DNA of 64,000 nt from an uncultured Chloroflexia bacterium (GCA_963748625.1 CAVVJT010000007.1:928001-992000), one strand, 5' to 3'. Counted from the stretch's first letter, positions 1-9,563 are shown. A program made the numbers and translations. Notes: generated by a model from the sequence alone, not told the origin.

Positions 1-1811
1 GTCCAGTCCACTGTCGCGGGCGAGGCGAGCGTGAAGCCCAGCGACACGGTGGCGCCGAGCCTGTCGCCGTCCTGCGGGAAGAAGACCTGGGCCGACGAGC
101 GGACATAGCCGAGGGCGCCGTAGACCGTGACCGGGCGGGTCACGGGTGCGCTGCGGTTGCCGGCGTCGTCCACCGCGCGCAGCTCGATCGTGTACGCACC
201 GTCGGGTGCCCACGAGCCGTCGGTCCGGCCGCTCCAGCGGACGGTCGCTCCGTCCGATCCGATGGCGGCCGACGCGCTTGCGACCTCCTCGTCACCAGCG
301 AGGACGGTGGCGACCAGGCGCCCACGCTCGCTGGCATCGGCCGTGAAGGAGATCCCGTCCGTGACGCCGTCGCCGTCAGGCGTGATCACGGGAACCGTCC
401 CGGAGGCAGCGGGGAGGTGGAGCTCCGGCGCCTCCGTGTCCACGGTGAGCTCCCCGCTGTCCTCCAGCGGTCCGTTGCCCCAGGCGTCGGAGGCCTCCAG
501 CACCCAGCGGTACGTGCCGTTCGCGGCGTGTGCGGGCGCCCACGTGAGTTCGGGGCGGTCGCCCGTGCCCGACGCCTCCGCTCGCTCGCTCCCGTTGCGA
601 TCCAGGATGCGCAGCGTCCAGTCCACGTCTTCCGACACCTGCAGGCGGACGGTGTAGCTGTCGCCGGAGTCGTCACCGTTGGGCGAGAAGATGCCCGCTC
701 CGTCCTCGATCTCCCAGAGGCGCGGCGCCGTGCCATCGCGCGGCGTGAGCGAGGAGCCGGCCATGACGCCCTCGACGCCCGTGTCGGTATGGATGCCGTA
801 GATGGGGCTGCCGTCGGGCGCCGGCTGCGGGTCCCGCCAGTCGACGCGGATCCTGTCGGTCGTGGCCAGGGTCGCAACCGGGCCGGCGCCGGCGACCAGG
901 CTGGCGGCCGAGTCATAGACGGGGGTGCCGTCCGCGCTGGGGCTGGCGTTGCCGGGGACGGTGATCGAGGCCGGGGCGCGCGAGGTGTCTGCGTAGGCGG
1001 CGCCGGTCACGTCGGTGGTGGTGAGGCTCATCCGGCCGGTGAGCGACCGGTAGTAGGAGCCGGGTCGCTCGGGGTCCATCGCGAACTGGAAGCCCGGATT
1101 GCGCTCCGAGGCGTAGATGGACACGTTGTCGTGGGCGTCGGGCGCGTTCTGCCAGTAGTCGGAGATGGACTGGCGCGTGGTGAACAGCGCGTCGATGTAG
1201 TAGTCGTCGTGGCTGTGGCCGTTGGCGATGACTGCGCGGGCGCCAGCCTTGAGGAACGCGGCGGCGTAGTTGTCCACGCGCTGCTTCGCGGTCGACAGGC
1301 TCGGCTCGGCCCGGCCGGGCTCGGAATTGCCCGAGGCGTAGCAGAGATGGAACAGCAGCACGACCGCATTGGGCGCCGGATCGAGATCCCGGATGGAGGG
1401 CTCGCCGTAGTACTTGACCTCGTCATCGGAGAGCTTGCCGTTCCCGTTGACGTCGTAGTTGAGCCCGAAGCCGTCCTTGGTCGTGTAGTTGGGGTCGAAG
1501 GTGTAGGGGCTCGGCCATCCGTTGCCGTGGCCCAGGTAGACGATGACCGAGGCGCCGGCGACCGCGCTCTTCACCTTCGACCATGTCGCGTTGGGGCTGT
1601 AGACCTTCACGACGTTGGTGGTGTAGCGGCGGGCTGCGGCGTAGAGCTGGTCAGCGTTGGAGCGATAGCGATCGGTCGTCGAGTGGGTGGCGCCAACGAT
1701 GATCGCAACCTTGGGGTTCGCTGCGGCAAACGCGGTCGGGGCGGACGCGGGAGCCACGGAGCCGAGGCCGGCGACGAGGATGGCGACGAGCGCGACGAGG
1801 ACCTTGCGCAA
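1..1811 (-). CDS. Secreted/surface protein: signal peptide, caspase/gingipain-like (clan CD-type) His-Cys domain, FlgD/Ig-like repeats; 3' end runs off the window
   Basis: Translated by hand (absent from the ORF track because it is open at the edge). TTG at 1811 with GGAG upstream; MRKVLVALVAILVAGLGSVAPASA signal; VIVYLGHGNG and VVLLFHLCYASG motifs; repeated FSPNGD/ITPDGD/FFPQDGD and WSGR..DG.Y FlgD-type motifs. Confidence 0.8.
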   Translation of the reverse strand, partial: MRKVLVALVAILVAGLGSVAPASAPTAFAAANPKVAIIVGATHSTTDRYRSNADQLYAAARRYTTNVVKVYSPNATWSKVKSAVAGASVIVYLGHGNGWPSPYTFDPNYTTKDGFGLNYDVNGNGKLSDDEVKYYGEPSIRDLDPAPNAVVLLFHLCYASGNSEPGRAEPSLSTAKQRVDNYAAAFLKAGARAVIANGHSHDDYYIDALFTTRQSISDYWQNAPDAHDNVSIYASERNPGFQFAMDPERPGSYYRSLTGRMSLTTTDVTGAAYADTSRAPASITVPGNASPSADGTPVYDSAASLVAGAGPVATLATTDRIRVDWRDPQPAPDGSPIYGIHTDTGVEGVMAGSSLTPRDGTAPRLWEIEDGAGIFSPNGDDSGDSYTVRLQVSEDVDWTLRILDRNGSERAEASGTGDRPELTWAPAHAANGTYRWVLEASDAWGNGPLEDSGELTVDTEAPELHLPAASGTVPVITPDGDGVTDGISFTADASERGRLVATVLAGDEEVASASAAIGSDGATVRWSGRTDGSWAPDGAYTIELRAVDDAGNRSAPVTRPVTVYGALGYVRSSAQVFFPQDGDRLGATVSLGFTLASPATVDW

Positions 1812-2012
1812 TGGGGGTTGGCTCCACGACAGGTGTGTGGTTCCACTGTCGGCGCGCGTGTGACGCGGTGCCATCGCGGGATGGTCCGGGTGGGCGACGG
1901 ACAGAGGGACCACCCCGATGGCGGAGGAGGTGGGTCAGGTATGGTGCCGCGTGGTTCGGGCCCGGGCCGGGTGGCGCGCGGGTGGTGCACGGGCGGTGCG
2001 CCCGGCGGTTCG

Positions 2013-2942
2013 TCAGCGGGCCTGAAGCGACCGCAGGAGGGCGGGTGCTGCGTCGGCGAACGCCTCCTGCCACGGGCGCATCGGCTCGCCCGACGGCAGC
2101 GGGGTGGGCTCCAGCACGGCCCACGCCGGTGGCGTGGACGCGCGCTGCCAGGTGCTGCCCGGGACGTCCACGACCTCCACGCCGATGCCCGTGGCTCGCA
2201 GGACCTCCCGTGCCCAGTCGGCCCTGGTCGCCCGGCCCCCGTTCACGAGATGGTGGATCCGCCAGCGCTCGCCGTCCCCGGCGACCGCGTCCGATCCGAC
2301 CAGCTCCACGATCGCCTCAGCAAGATCGGGGGTGTACGTGGGCACGCCGGTCTCGTCCGCGACGGCGCGCAGCGACTCACGGGCCTCGCGGGCACGGAGC
2401 GCGGCGCGGGCGATCTTCTCGGGGAAGTCGTTGCCGGGCGGGCCGTACAGCCACGACGTGCGCACGATGCCCAGCCTGCCGCGGGCCCCGTCCGCCTCGT
2501 AGGCCGCGATCGCGAGACGCTCGGCCTCCGCCTTGGCGGCGCCATAGGCGTTGATCGGGCGGCGCTCATCGTCCGGGGCATAGCCCAGGCCGTCGGTCCG
2601 GGTCCCATCGAAGACCTCGTTGGTGGAGATGACGACGAGGTCGATGCCCCGGGAGGCGGTGGCGCGGGCCACCTCCCCCACCGCGGTGCCGTTGCGCCGC
2701 ATGGCCAACGCCGGATCCTTCGCGCAGCCGTCCACGTCGGTCCAGGCCGCCGTCAGGATCACGACCTCGGGCCGCTCGCGGTCGAACAGCGCACCGGCGG
2801 ATGCCGCGGTGACCGCGTCGAGCTCGAACTCCGGCTGGTCCCAGCCGATGGGGCCGCGCGTGCCCGTGAACGGGGCGTCCTCCAGCGCTTCGACGAGCGC
2901 GCGGCCAAGGCGGCCGATGACGCCGATGACCGCGACCCGCAC
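2013..2942 (-). CDS. rfbD: dTDP-4-dehydrorhamnose reductase (RmlD)
   Basis: GTG start MRVAVIGVIGRLG; AAWTDVDGCA, ISTNEVFDG, YGAAK (YxxxK), RTSWLYG; downstream of rfbB. Confidence 0.9.
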   Translation of the reverse strand: MRVAVIGVIGRLGRALVEALEDAPFTGTRGPIGWDQPEFELDAVTAASAGALFDRERPEVVILTAAWTDVDGCAKDPALAMRRNGTAVGEVARATASRGIDLVVISTNEVFDGTRTDGLGYAPDDERRPINAYGAAKAEAERLAIAAYEADGARGRLGIVRTSWLYGPPGNDFPEKIARAALRAREARESLRAVADETGVPTYTPDLAEAIVELVGSDAVAGDGERWRIHHLVNGGRATRADWAREVLRATGIGVEVVDVPGSTWQRASTPPAWAVLEPTPLPSGEPMRPWQEAFADAAPALLRSLQAR

Positions 2943-2946
2943 CCGG

Positions 2947-4116
2947 TCAGGCCCCGGCGCCGGGCGTGTCGTCCGCCCTGTCGATCGCGGTGACCGCGGT
3001 GACCGCCTGCCCGCGGGCGAGCCGGTCCGCGTACTGCCGTGCGTAGTAGCTGTCCCAGTCGCCCCGCTTGGCGCCCTCGACCCAGTCCGCGTGTGCCCGG
3101 TACCACGCGACCGTCGCGGGCAGGCCCTCCTCGAAGTCCACCTGCGGGGTCCAGCCCAGCGCCGCAAGCTTCGCGCCGTCCATCGCATAACGGCGATCGT
3201 GGCCAGGCCGGTCCGGCACGGAGCGCACGAGCGACCAGTCGCGTCCGGTGGCGGCCAGCAGGCGGTCGATCACCTCCCGGTTCGGCAGCAGCCGCGCACC
3301 GGCCACGTTGTACGCCTCACCGGCCTCACCGTGGCGCAGCACGAACTCGATGCCGGCGGCATGGTCGGTCACGTGGAGCCAGTCGCGGACCTGCATGCCG
3401 TCGCCGTACATGGGCAGGTGCTCGCCCGCGAGCGCGTTGGTCGTGAACAGCGGGATGAGCTTCTCGGGATGCTGGTACGGGCCATACGTGTTGGAGCCGC
3501 GCGTGGTGACGACGTCGAGGCCGTAGGTGACGTGGTACGCGCGCACCAGCAGCTCCGAGCTGGCCTTGGCGGCGGCGTACGGGCTGCGCGGTGCGAAGGG
3601 GTCGGTCTCGACGGAGTGCCCGGCGGGGATGTCGCCGTAGACCTCGTCCGTGGAGACCTGCAGGAAGCGAGGGGCGGGCCTTGCCTGGCGCTCGCCGCGA
3701 GCGGCCCGGTCGGCCTCCGCGCGGATGGCCTCGAGCAGCACGTGGACGCCGATGACGCCGGTGCGCAAGAAGGCCTCCGGGTCGAGGATCGAGCGGTCCA
3801 CGTGGGTCTCGGCGGCCACGTTGACGACGGCATCGGCCTCGGCGACCAGCGGCCCCACGATCTCCGGGTCCGCGATGTCGCCGTGCACGAAGGTGAAGCG
3901 GGCGGCCTGTTCCGCGTCCTGCTCGACCTCCGCGAGGTTCGCGCGGTTGCCCGCGTACGTGAGCTTGTCGAGGACCGTGATCCGGGTCCCGTCGCGGCGG
4001 GCCAGGATCCGGCGGACCAGCTCCGAGCCGATGAACCCGGCGCCGCCGGTGACCAGAAGGTTGGCGCCGCCGCCGATGTGGTCGGCCAGGCCCGCGGTGT
4101 GGTCGGCCAGGCTCAC
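2947..4116 (-). CDS. rfbB: dTDP-glucose 4,6-dehydratase (RmlB)
   Basis: LVTGGAGFIG, DKLTYAGN, AAETHVDRSI, STDEVYG, YAAAK, PEKLIP, DRPGHDRRY. Confidence 0.95.
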   Translation of the reverse strand: MSLADHTAGLADHIGGGANLLVTGGAGFIGSELVRRILARRDGTRITVLDKLTYAGNRANLAEVEQDAEQAARFTFVHGDIADPEIVGPLVAEADAVVNVAAETHVDRSILDPEAFLRTGVIGVHVLLEAIRAEADRAARGERQARPAPRFLQVSTDEVYGDIPAGHSVETDPFAPRSPYAAAKASSELLVRAYHVTYGLDVVTTRGSNTYGPYQHPEKLIPLFTTNALAGEHLPMYGDGMQVRDWLHVTDHAAGIEFVLRHGEAGEAYNVAGARLLPNREVIDRLLAATGRDWSLVRSVPDRPGHDRRYAMDGAKLAALGWTPQVDFEEGLPATVAWYRAHADWVEGAKRGDWDSYYARQYADRLARGQAVTAVTAIDRADDTPGAGA

Positions 4117-4880
4117 GCGGGATCCCGCGGGCGCTCGACCGGCCTCGGCAGGCGGCCAGCCGCGTCGTCGATCTCGGCCATCTCTGCGGCGCGCAGGAGG
4201 CTGGGGACAGTGCCGGCGTCGGCCCAGTGCCCTTCGTAGACGGGCGCGAACAGGCGGCCGCCGGGGATGTAGTGGTTGAGGACGTCCGTGATCTCGAACT
4301 CCCCACGTCCCGACGGCGCCAGGCCCTCGATCACGTCGAATGCGTCCGGGCGGAGGAAGTAGACACCGATGGGGATCAGGTCGCTCTTGGGCACCTTGGG
4401 CTTCTCCTCGAAGCCGGCCACACGACCTGCCGCATCGAACTCCGCGACCCCGAAGCGTTCCGGATCGGGAACGCGGTAGAGCAGGGTGCCGGCACCGTGC
4501 TGGCCGTCCTCGAACTGGCGCGCGAGTGAGGCGAGCGGATCGCCGCGGAGGATGTTGTCGCCCAGGACCACGCAGAAGCTGTCGTCGCCGATGAAGTCCC
4601 GCGCGAGACCGATCGCGTGCGCGATGCCCAGCGCGCCACGCTGGTACCGGTAGGTGAGATCGAGACCGAAGTGCCGTCCGTCGCCGAGCAGCTCGACGAT
4701 GTCGCCGACGCTCTTGCCGCCGACGATGACCATGACCTCGCGGATCCCCATGCCCGCCAGGGTGTCCAGCGGGTAGTAGATCATCGGCCGGTCGTAGATC
4801 GGCAGGAGGTGCTTGTTGGTGACGATGGTCAGCGGGTAGAGGCGCGTTGCCGTACCGCCTGCCAGCACGAGGCCCTTCAT
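4113..4880 (-). CDS. rfbA: Glucose-1-phosphate thymidylyltransferase (RmlA)
   Basis: True start MKGLVLAGGTATRLYPLT at 4880; KHLLPIYDRPMIYYPL, FEEKP, RGEFEITD; GTGA overlap with rfbB. Confidence 0.93.
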   Translation of the reverse strand: MKGLVLAGGTATRLYPLTIVTNKHLLPIYDRPMIYYPLDTLAGMGIREVMVIVGGKSVGDIVELLGDGRHFGLDLTYRYQRGALGIAHAIGLARDFIGDDSFCVVLGDNILRGDPLASLARQFEDGQHGAGTLLYRVPDPERFGVAEFDAAGRVAGFEEKPKVPKSDLIPIGVYFLRPDAFDVIEGLAPSGRGEFEITDVLNHYIPGGRLFAPVYEGHWADAGTVPSLLRAAEMAEIDDAAGRLPRPVERPRDPA

Positions 4881-4907
4881 GGCGCGGAAGGGTAGCAGGG
4901 GTGCGGA

Positions 4908-5071
4908 GCCACGGATGCGGCGTCGGCCACGGATGCGGCGTCGGCCACGGATGCGGCGTCGGCCACGGATGCGGCGTCGGCCACGGATGCGGCGTCGGCC
5001 ACGGATGCGGCGTCGGCCACGGATGCGGCGTCGGCCACGGATGCGGCGTCGGCCACGGATGCGGCGTCGGC
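4908..5071. repeat. Perfect tandem array, 9 x 18 bp (GCCACGGATGCGGCGTCG)
   Basis: Counted directly; identical units with no spacers; just upstream of rfbA. Confidence 0.97.
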
Positions 5072-5110
5072 TGCTGGCACCCAGGCGCCCTCCCGCTCGG
5101 CGGGCCTTGC

Positions 5111-5218
5111 GTGCAGGATCCCGCTCAACCCGCCCGCTGGCAGGCACGGACGACCGTTCCGCGCCGAAATTCGAGGGATTTGTGCCGCTGGGCGGGCCAG
5201 GCGTGCAGCATCCTGCGC
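5111..5218. repeat. Dispersed palindromic (REP/REPIN-like) element, family 1, copy A
   Basis: Nested inverted arms GCAGGAT/ATCCTGC, GCCCGC/GCGGGC, GGCAC/GTGCC; 5111-5210 matches 6891-6990 ungapped at 74 of 100 positions (hand count). Confidence 0.85.
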
Positions 5219-5482
5219 ACAGTGCCCGGCCGGCGGCAGGCGGGCTGCCGGGCGGCGGGGTCCTCGGGCGGACCACAGGCCACAGGGCGGCGGCTCATGG
5301 CCTGGCTCCGCGCCGCCACACCATCGCTACCGCCGTCCCAGCGTCCCTATCACGAATGCGCGGGATACAAGGGCGGGCACTCGGCGACGTCCTTGCCGAG
5401 GCCCTGCCGCCCTTGAACCCGAGGAGATCATCCCGCTCGCGCCACTGCGACCCCGAGATCTCTTCTGATCCTCACAACGCGC

Positions 5483-6085
5483 TCAGCCGGCGAGATAGGA
5501 CTCGCACTCCGGCACGACCTTCGCGGCCGGACCGCACAGGACCCACGTGTCATGGACCACCAGCGTGTAGTGCCGGTCCTCCTGCGAATACGACACGGCG
5601 ACGGAGTCCCAACCCCCACCCTGGCTCGACGGCGAGGTACGGAAGCCGAGGAGAACCTCCGCACGGTCCGCGTACTCAGGGAAATCGCACCGCGTCGTCA
5701 TCCTCGCTCCGGTGACCGGAACGATGTCGCCGGCGATGCCGACAGGAGGGAAGCCCTCCCTCCCGAGGAATGCCTGGTCGTCGCCCTCCGGGACATACCG
5801 GACGCTCGCGCCGAGGAACTCCCAGTCGTCGTGCGTCCCGATCGTGTGATCGGGCCGCACGTCATCGATGACCACCTCGTCGCCCGCGGCAAGGCACAGG
5901 CGGACCGCCACCGTGTAGGTCTTGCCGGCGTTGACGGGATCGAGCGCGAGCGTCTGGTCGCCCCGCCCCTGTGCATTCGTGGAGAGCGGGCCCCCGCCGG
6001 CATCGTGTCGCGTGGGGCCATTCGCACAGGCCGCGAGCCCCGCTGCAATGACTACTGCCAGCGCAATACGAGTGAGCCGGGACAC
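5483..6085 (-). CDS. Hypothetical lipoprotein
   Basis: MSRLTRIALAVVIAAGLAAC lipobox; normal composition; 4 further Cys. Confidence 0.75.
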   Translation of the reverse strand: MSRLTRIALAVVIAAGLAACANGPTRHDAGGGPLSTNAQGRGDQTLALDPVNAGKTYTVAVRLCLAAGDEVVIDDVRPDHTIGTHDDWEFLGASVRYVPEGDDQAFLGREGFPPVGIAGDIVPVTGARMTTRCDFPEYADRAEVLLGFRTSPSSQGGGWDSVAVSYSQEDRHYTLVVHDTWVLCGPAAKVVPECESYLAG

Positions 6086-6163
6086 AGACGCGCTCCCCCT
6101 TCGTGATGACGACCAATCCTATGCCGTCCTGAACGTATCCCGCACATTCGTGACGGGCCAGCG

Positions 6164-6820
6164 TCAGAGCACGATCAGGCCGCTCACCGGTGGCAACCTT
6201 CCGGATCGCAGCGCCTTCGCAATTGCCGGACCGTCCAGCGGCAGGAGCAGGCGCAGGGCCTCGCGCTCGTGACTGAGCACCTCCTCGTTGTGGCGGGAGC
6301 GGGCTACGGCAAGGATGACGATCTTCCCGCGGCGGTCGTCCCGCAGCTTGAGCTGCAACCGGCGCTCGAGGGCCTGGACGTCGCCGAGGCGACTCTCTGC
6401 GTCAACGAACGCCAGCTCTGCGAGGTCGGAGATGGTGGCATCCCACGCTCGAAGGTCACCGGGCATGGGCAGCCCGACCTCGCGTGCCACCTGCAGCGGC
6501 GCGGCGGGAAGGATCCCGAGCCGCTCGATGAGCCGCTGCTGGCCGGCGTCGCGAATGGGACTCCCCTCCGGGAACAGCCGCACGGACAGTGACAGCCCGA
6601 GCGCCCGAGCAGATCTGGCCACCGCGCACAACGAGGGGTCAGCGTTCTCCCCGCGTTCGAGGCGACTCAGCTGCGACGACGAAATCCCAGCGGCACGAGC
6701 GACAGCCGGCTGACTGATGCCAAGCGCGATCCGGGTGTTGTGCAGCTCGTCGGCCATGCCCGATATGACGCGACGAGCGTCCTCGTCACCGAGCTCGACC
6801 GGACCTCTGCGCACAGACAC
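6164..6820 (-). CDS. XRE-type helix-turn-helix protein fused to a putative PD-(D/E)XK/DUF559-like C-terminal domain
   Basis: HTH: RIALGISQPAVARAAGISSSQLSRLERG; C-terminus REVGLP..GDLRAWD...VDAESRLGDVQALERRLQLK. Start uncertain: GTG 6820 has a CATCAT -10-like hexamer 6 nt upstream; the ORF extends to 6847. Confidence 0.8.
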   Translation of the reverse strand: MSVRRGPVELGDEDARRVISGMADELHNTRIALGISQPAVARAAGISSSQLSRLERGENADPSLCAVARSARALGLSLSVRLFPEGSPIRDAGQQRLIERLGILPAAPLQVAREVGLPMPGDLRAWDATISDLAELAFVDAESRLGDVQALERRLQLKLRDDRRGKIVILAVARSRHNEEVLSHEREALRLLLPLDGPAIAKALRSGRLPPVSGLIVL

Positions 6821-6890
6821 GACACGATGATGGCCGCCGTCGCTCACCGCCCGCTTACACGCCTGTCGACAACCGCTGGGCGGGCGTTGT

Positions 6891-6998
6891 GGGCAGGATT
6901 GCGCGCAGGCTGCCCGCTGGCAGGCACGAACGACCCTGCGGCCACTGGATCCGAGGGGTTTGTGCCGCTGTGCGGGCAGATTGCGCAGGATCCCTCAC
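6891..6998. repeat. Dispersed palindromic element, family 1, copy B
   Basis: Direct repeat of 5111-5218 at an exact offset of 1780 nt; shares GCCCGCTGGCAGGCACG and TTTGTGCCGCTG blocks. Confidence 0.85.
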
Positions 6999-7049
6999 GT
7001 GAGGCCCGCCGGGCGGGCCGCCGCAGGAGCCACGGGCCACCGACAGGGC

Positions 7050-7293
7050 CCGCGGGCGCGAGGTGGGCCGCGGGCGCGAGGTGGGCCGCGGGCGCGAGGT
7101 GGGCCGCGGGCGCGAGGCGCGGGCGCGAGGTGGGCCGCGGGCGCGAGGTGGGCCGCGGGCGCGAGGTGGGCCGCGGGCGCGAGGTGGGGCCGCGGGCGCG
7201 AGGGGGCCGCGGGCGCGAGGTGGGCCGCGGGCGCGAGGTGGGCCGCGGGCGCGAGGTGGGCCGCGGGCGCGAGGGGGCCGCGGGCGCGGGGGG
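7050..7293. repeat. Imperfect tandem array, about 13-14 x 18 bp (CCGCGGGCGCGAGGTGGG), G-rich
   Basis: Counted directly; a few units carry small indels; ends just past the mreC stop. Confidence 0.95.
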
Positions 7294-7308
7294 CCGGGCG
7301 CGGGCCCC

Positions 7309-8274
7309 TTACGGCTTCGCGGTCGGCTTCACCTTGGGCGTGGGCTCGGGCGTGTAGCAGGGCACCTCGCCCTCGGGCACTGTTCCCTCCGTGCCGCACG
7401 GGACGGCCTGTTCCTCGATGGGCGGCAGCCCGCCCACGTAGTCGGTGATCACCAGCGCAAGCTCGAACGAGTCGAGGTTCGCGGCCGGTGCGAGGAATGC
7501 TGTCTGGACAACAGCGTTCGCATCCCGCTCGACGTCCACCACGGAGCCCACGATGAGCCCCTTCGGGTACGGCGAACGGATGCCGCCATCGACCGAGATG
7601 CCCGCGGTGAACACCTCCTCGTCGATCGCGATCTCCACGGCCGAGTCGATGTTGCGCATCACGAGCACGCCGCCCGCCTGGCCCACGATCTCGCCCTGGG
7701 CCCGGGAGTCCACGAGCTGCCCCACGACGGTGGAGGAGGCATCGCTGACCAGCGTCACCTTGGCGAACGTGGGACCGACGTCGGTGACCCGGCCGGCCAG
7801 CGCGCCGCCCTTGACCACCACGGTGTCGTTGAGCTCGATACCGTCCTCGGTGCCCTTGTCCACGGTCACGATCCGCCGGTTCTCCAGCAGCTCGCGACCG
7901 ATGACGCGGACCGCCACCGTCTCGTGGTCGAAGCCGGACTGGAGCTGGAGGAGCGCCGACATCTCGTCGTTCTCCGACCGCAGCCCCTCCAGCCGGGCGT
8001 TCTCGTTCCCGAGGCGCTCGTTCTCATCCCGCAGGGCGGCGTTCTCCGAGCGCAGCTGGTCGATCTCGCCGATGGCGGCGAAGACGCCGTCCACCCCGTA
8101 GGCCACCGACGCCAGCGCACCCTGGAACGGACGCAGCGCATACGACAGGCCCCGCTGCAGGTCCTGGACGTAGGGGTTGGCGGAGAACGCCATGAGCAGC
8201 AGCGTGATCGCGATGAGGATCGCGAACGTGATTCCCCGCCGACGGCCCTGCTTGCTGCTGACGATCGCGTTCAC
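7309..8274 (-). CDS. mreC: Rod shape-determining protein MreC
   Basis: N-terminal TM helix, coiled coil (LRSENAALRDENERL), VDKGTEDGI, YPKGLIVG; follows mreB. Confidence 0.93.
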   Translation of the reverse strand: MNAIVSSKQGRRRGITFAILIAITLLLMAFSANPYVQDLQRGLSYALRPFQGALASVAYGVDGVFAAIGEIDQLRSENAALRDENERLGNENARLEGLRSENDEMSALLQLQSGFDHETVAVRVIGRELLENRRIVTVDKGTEDGIELNDTVVVKGGALAGRVTDVGPTFAKVTLVSDASSTVVGQLVDSRAQGEIVGQAGGVLVMRNIDSAVEIAIDEEVFTAGISVDGGIRSPYPKGLIVGSVVDVERDANAVVQTAFLAPAANLDSFELALVITDYVGGLPPIEEQAVPCGTEGTVPEGEVPCYTPEPTPKVKPTAKP

Positions 8275-8328
8275 GGCGCTGGCTCCGGGTGCCGGCGGCG
8301 GGCGGGGCCCGGCCGCGGGGGCAGGCCC

Positions 8329-9387
8329 CTAGCGGAGGGGACGGCTGTAGGTGTCGGTCACGAGGACGCGCTCCATCGACGGGTTCGTCAACTGCTGGAG
8401 CACGACGCCCGTCCCGCGCGCCACGCAGGTCAGCGGGTCGTCGGCGACGTGGACTGGCATCTGGGTCGCCTCGGCAACGCGGCGGTCGAGGCCTGCGAGC
8501 AGGGCGCCGCCACCGGCGATGACGATGCCCTGGTCCATGATGTCCGCCACCAGCTCCGGGGGCGTCTCCTCGATCGTGTCCTTGATGGTGTCCACGATCA
8601 TGGCCACCGAGACCTCGATCGCCTCGCGGATCTGGTCGGCACCGACCTCGACAGAGCGGGGCAGGCCGGTGAGCAGATCCCGTCCGCGGAGGGTGACCCG
8701 CTGGGCGTCCCATTCGCCGGGGTACGCGGACCCGATGGCGATCTTGATGTCCTCGGCCGTGCGCTCGCCGAGGAACAGGTTGTACTCGCGGCGGGCGTAG
8801 TTGACGATGTCCTGGTCCATCTCGTCGCCGCCGATCCGGATGGACCGGGACACGACGATGCCGCCCAGCGAGATGACCGCCACCTCGGTGGTGCCGCCGC
8901 CGATGTCCACGATCAGCGAGCCGGAAGGCTCCGACACGGGCAGCCCGGCGCCGATCGCTGCGGCCATCGGTTCCTCGATGAGGCGGGCCCAGCGGGCGCC
9001 CGCGTTGAGGGCGGCGTCACGGACTGCGCGCTTCTCGACCTCGGTGACGCCCGACGGGATGCCCAGCAGCATCCGGGGCCGCGGGATCAGGCCCACCCGG
9101 TCGTGCACCTTGTTCACGAAGTACTTGATCATCTGTTCCGTGACGTCGAAGTCGCTGATGACGCCGTCGCGGAGCGGACGGACCGCGATGATCGATGCGG
9201 GCGTGCGGCCGACCATGCGCTTCGCTTCGGCCCCGATGGCGAGGACGCGCTTGGTCTTTGCGTCGATCGCGACCACCGACGGCTCGCTGATCACGATGCC
9301 GCGATCGCGCACGTGCACGAGCGTGTTCGCGGTGCCGAGATCGATCCCGATGTCGCGGGAGAAGAGGCCGAGGAGTCGGTCGAACAT
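8329..9387 (-). CDS. mreB: Rod shape-determining protein MreB
   Basis: DIGIDLGTANT, EPSVVA, RPLRDGVI, EEPMAAAIG, DIGGGTTE, GGGALL. Confidence 0.98.
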   Translation of the reverse strand: MFDRLLGLFSRDIGIDLGTANTLVHVRDRGIVISEPSVVAIDAKTKRVLAIGAEAKRMVGRTPASIIAVRPLRDGVISDFDVTEQMIKYFVNKVHDRVGLIPRPRMLLGIPSGVTEVEKRAVRDAALNAGARWARLIEEPMAAAIGAGLPVSEPSGSLIVDIGGGTTEVAVISLGGIVVSRSIRIGGDEMDQDIVNYARREYNLFLGERTAEDIKIAIGSAYPGEWDAQRVTLRGRDLLTGLPRSVEVGADQIREAIEVSVAMIVDTIKDTIEETPPELVADIMDQGIVIAGGGALLAGLDRRVAEATQMPVHVADDPLTCVARGTGVVLQQLTNPSMERVLVTDTYSRPLR

Positions 9388-9563
9388 GAGGGCGGACGGT
9401 TCCTTGTTGCGACGCCGGGAGCCGACGGAGCGACCGGCGCTCGGCTGGCCCGGCGGGCCGAGATCGAATTGGTGTCGGGGAGGCAGACCCGTGAAGAGGA
9501 CGGGTGCGCCTGTGCAGTATACCGGCCGTCCAGCGGGGCACCCTTGAGGCGCCCCTGCACTCT

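Noticed and set aside
417-2993. Long plus-strand ORF (858 aa); likewise 7063-9900, 20108-22510, 47715-50291 and 50913-53159
   Set aside because: Antisense shadows of real genes, caused by stop-codon scarcity in high-GC DNA; no recognisable motifs
4847-5715. ORFs encoding MRRRPR, GHGCGV or ADAASV repeat peptides, and the long N-terminal extension of rfbA
   Set aside because: Artefacts of a stop-free 18-bp tandem array; rfbA has a canonical start at 4880 with its own -10 element
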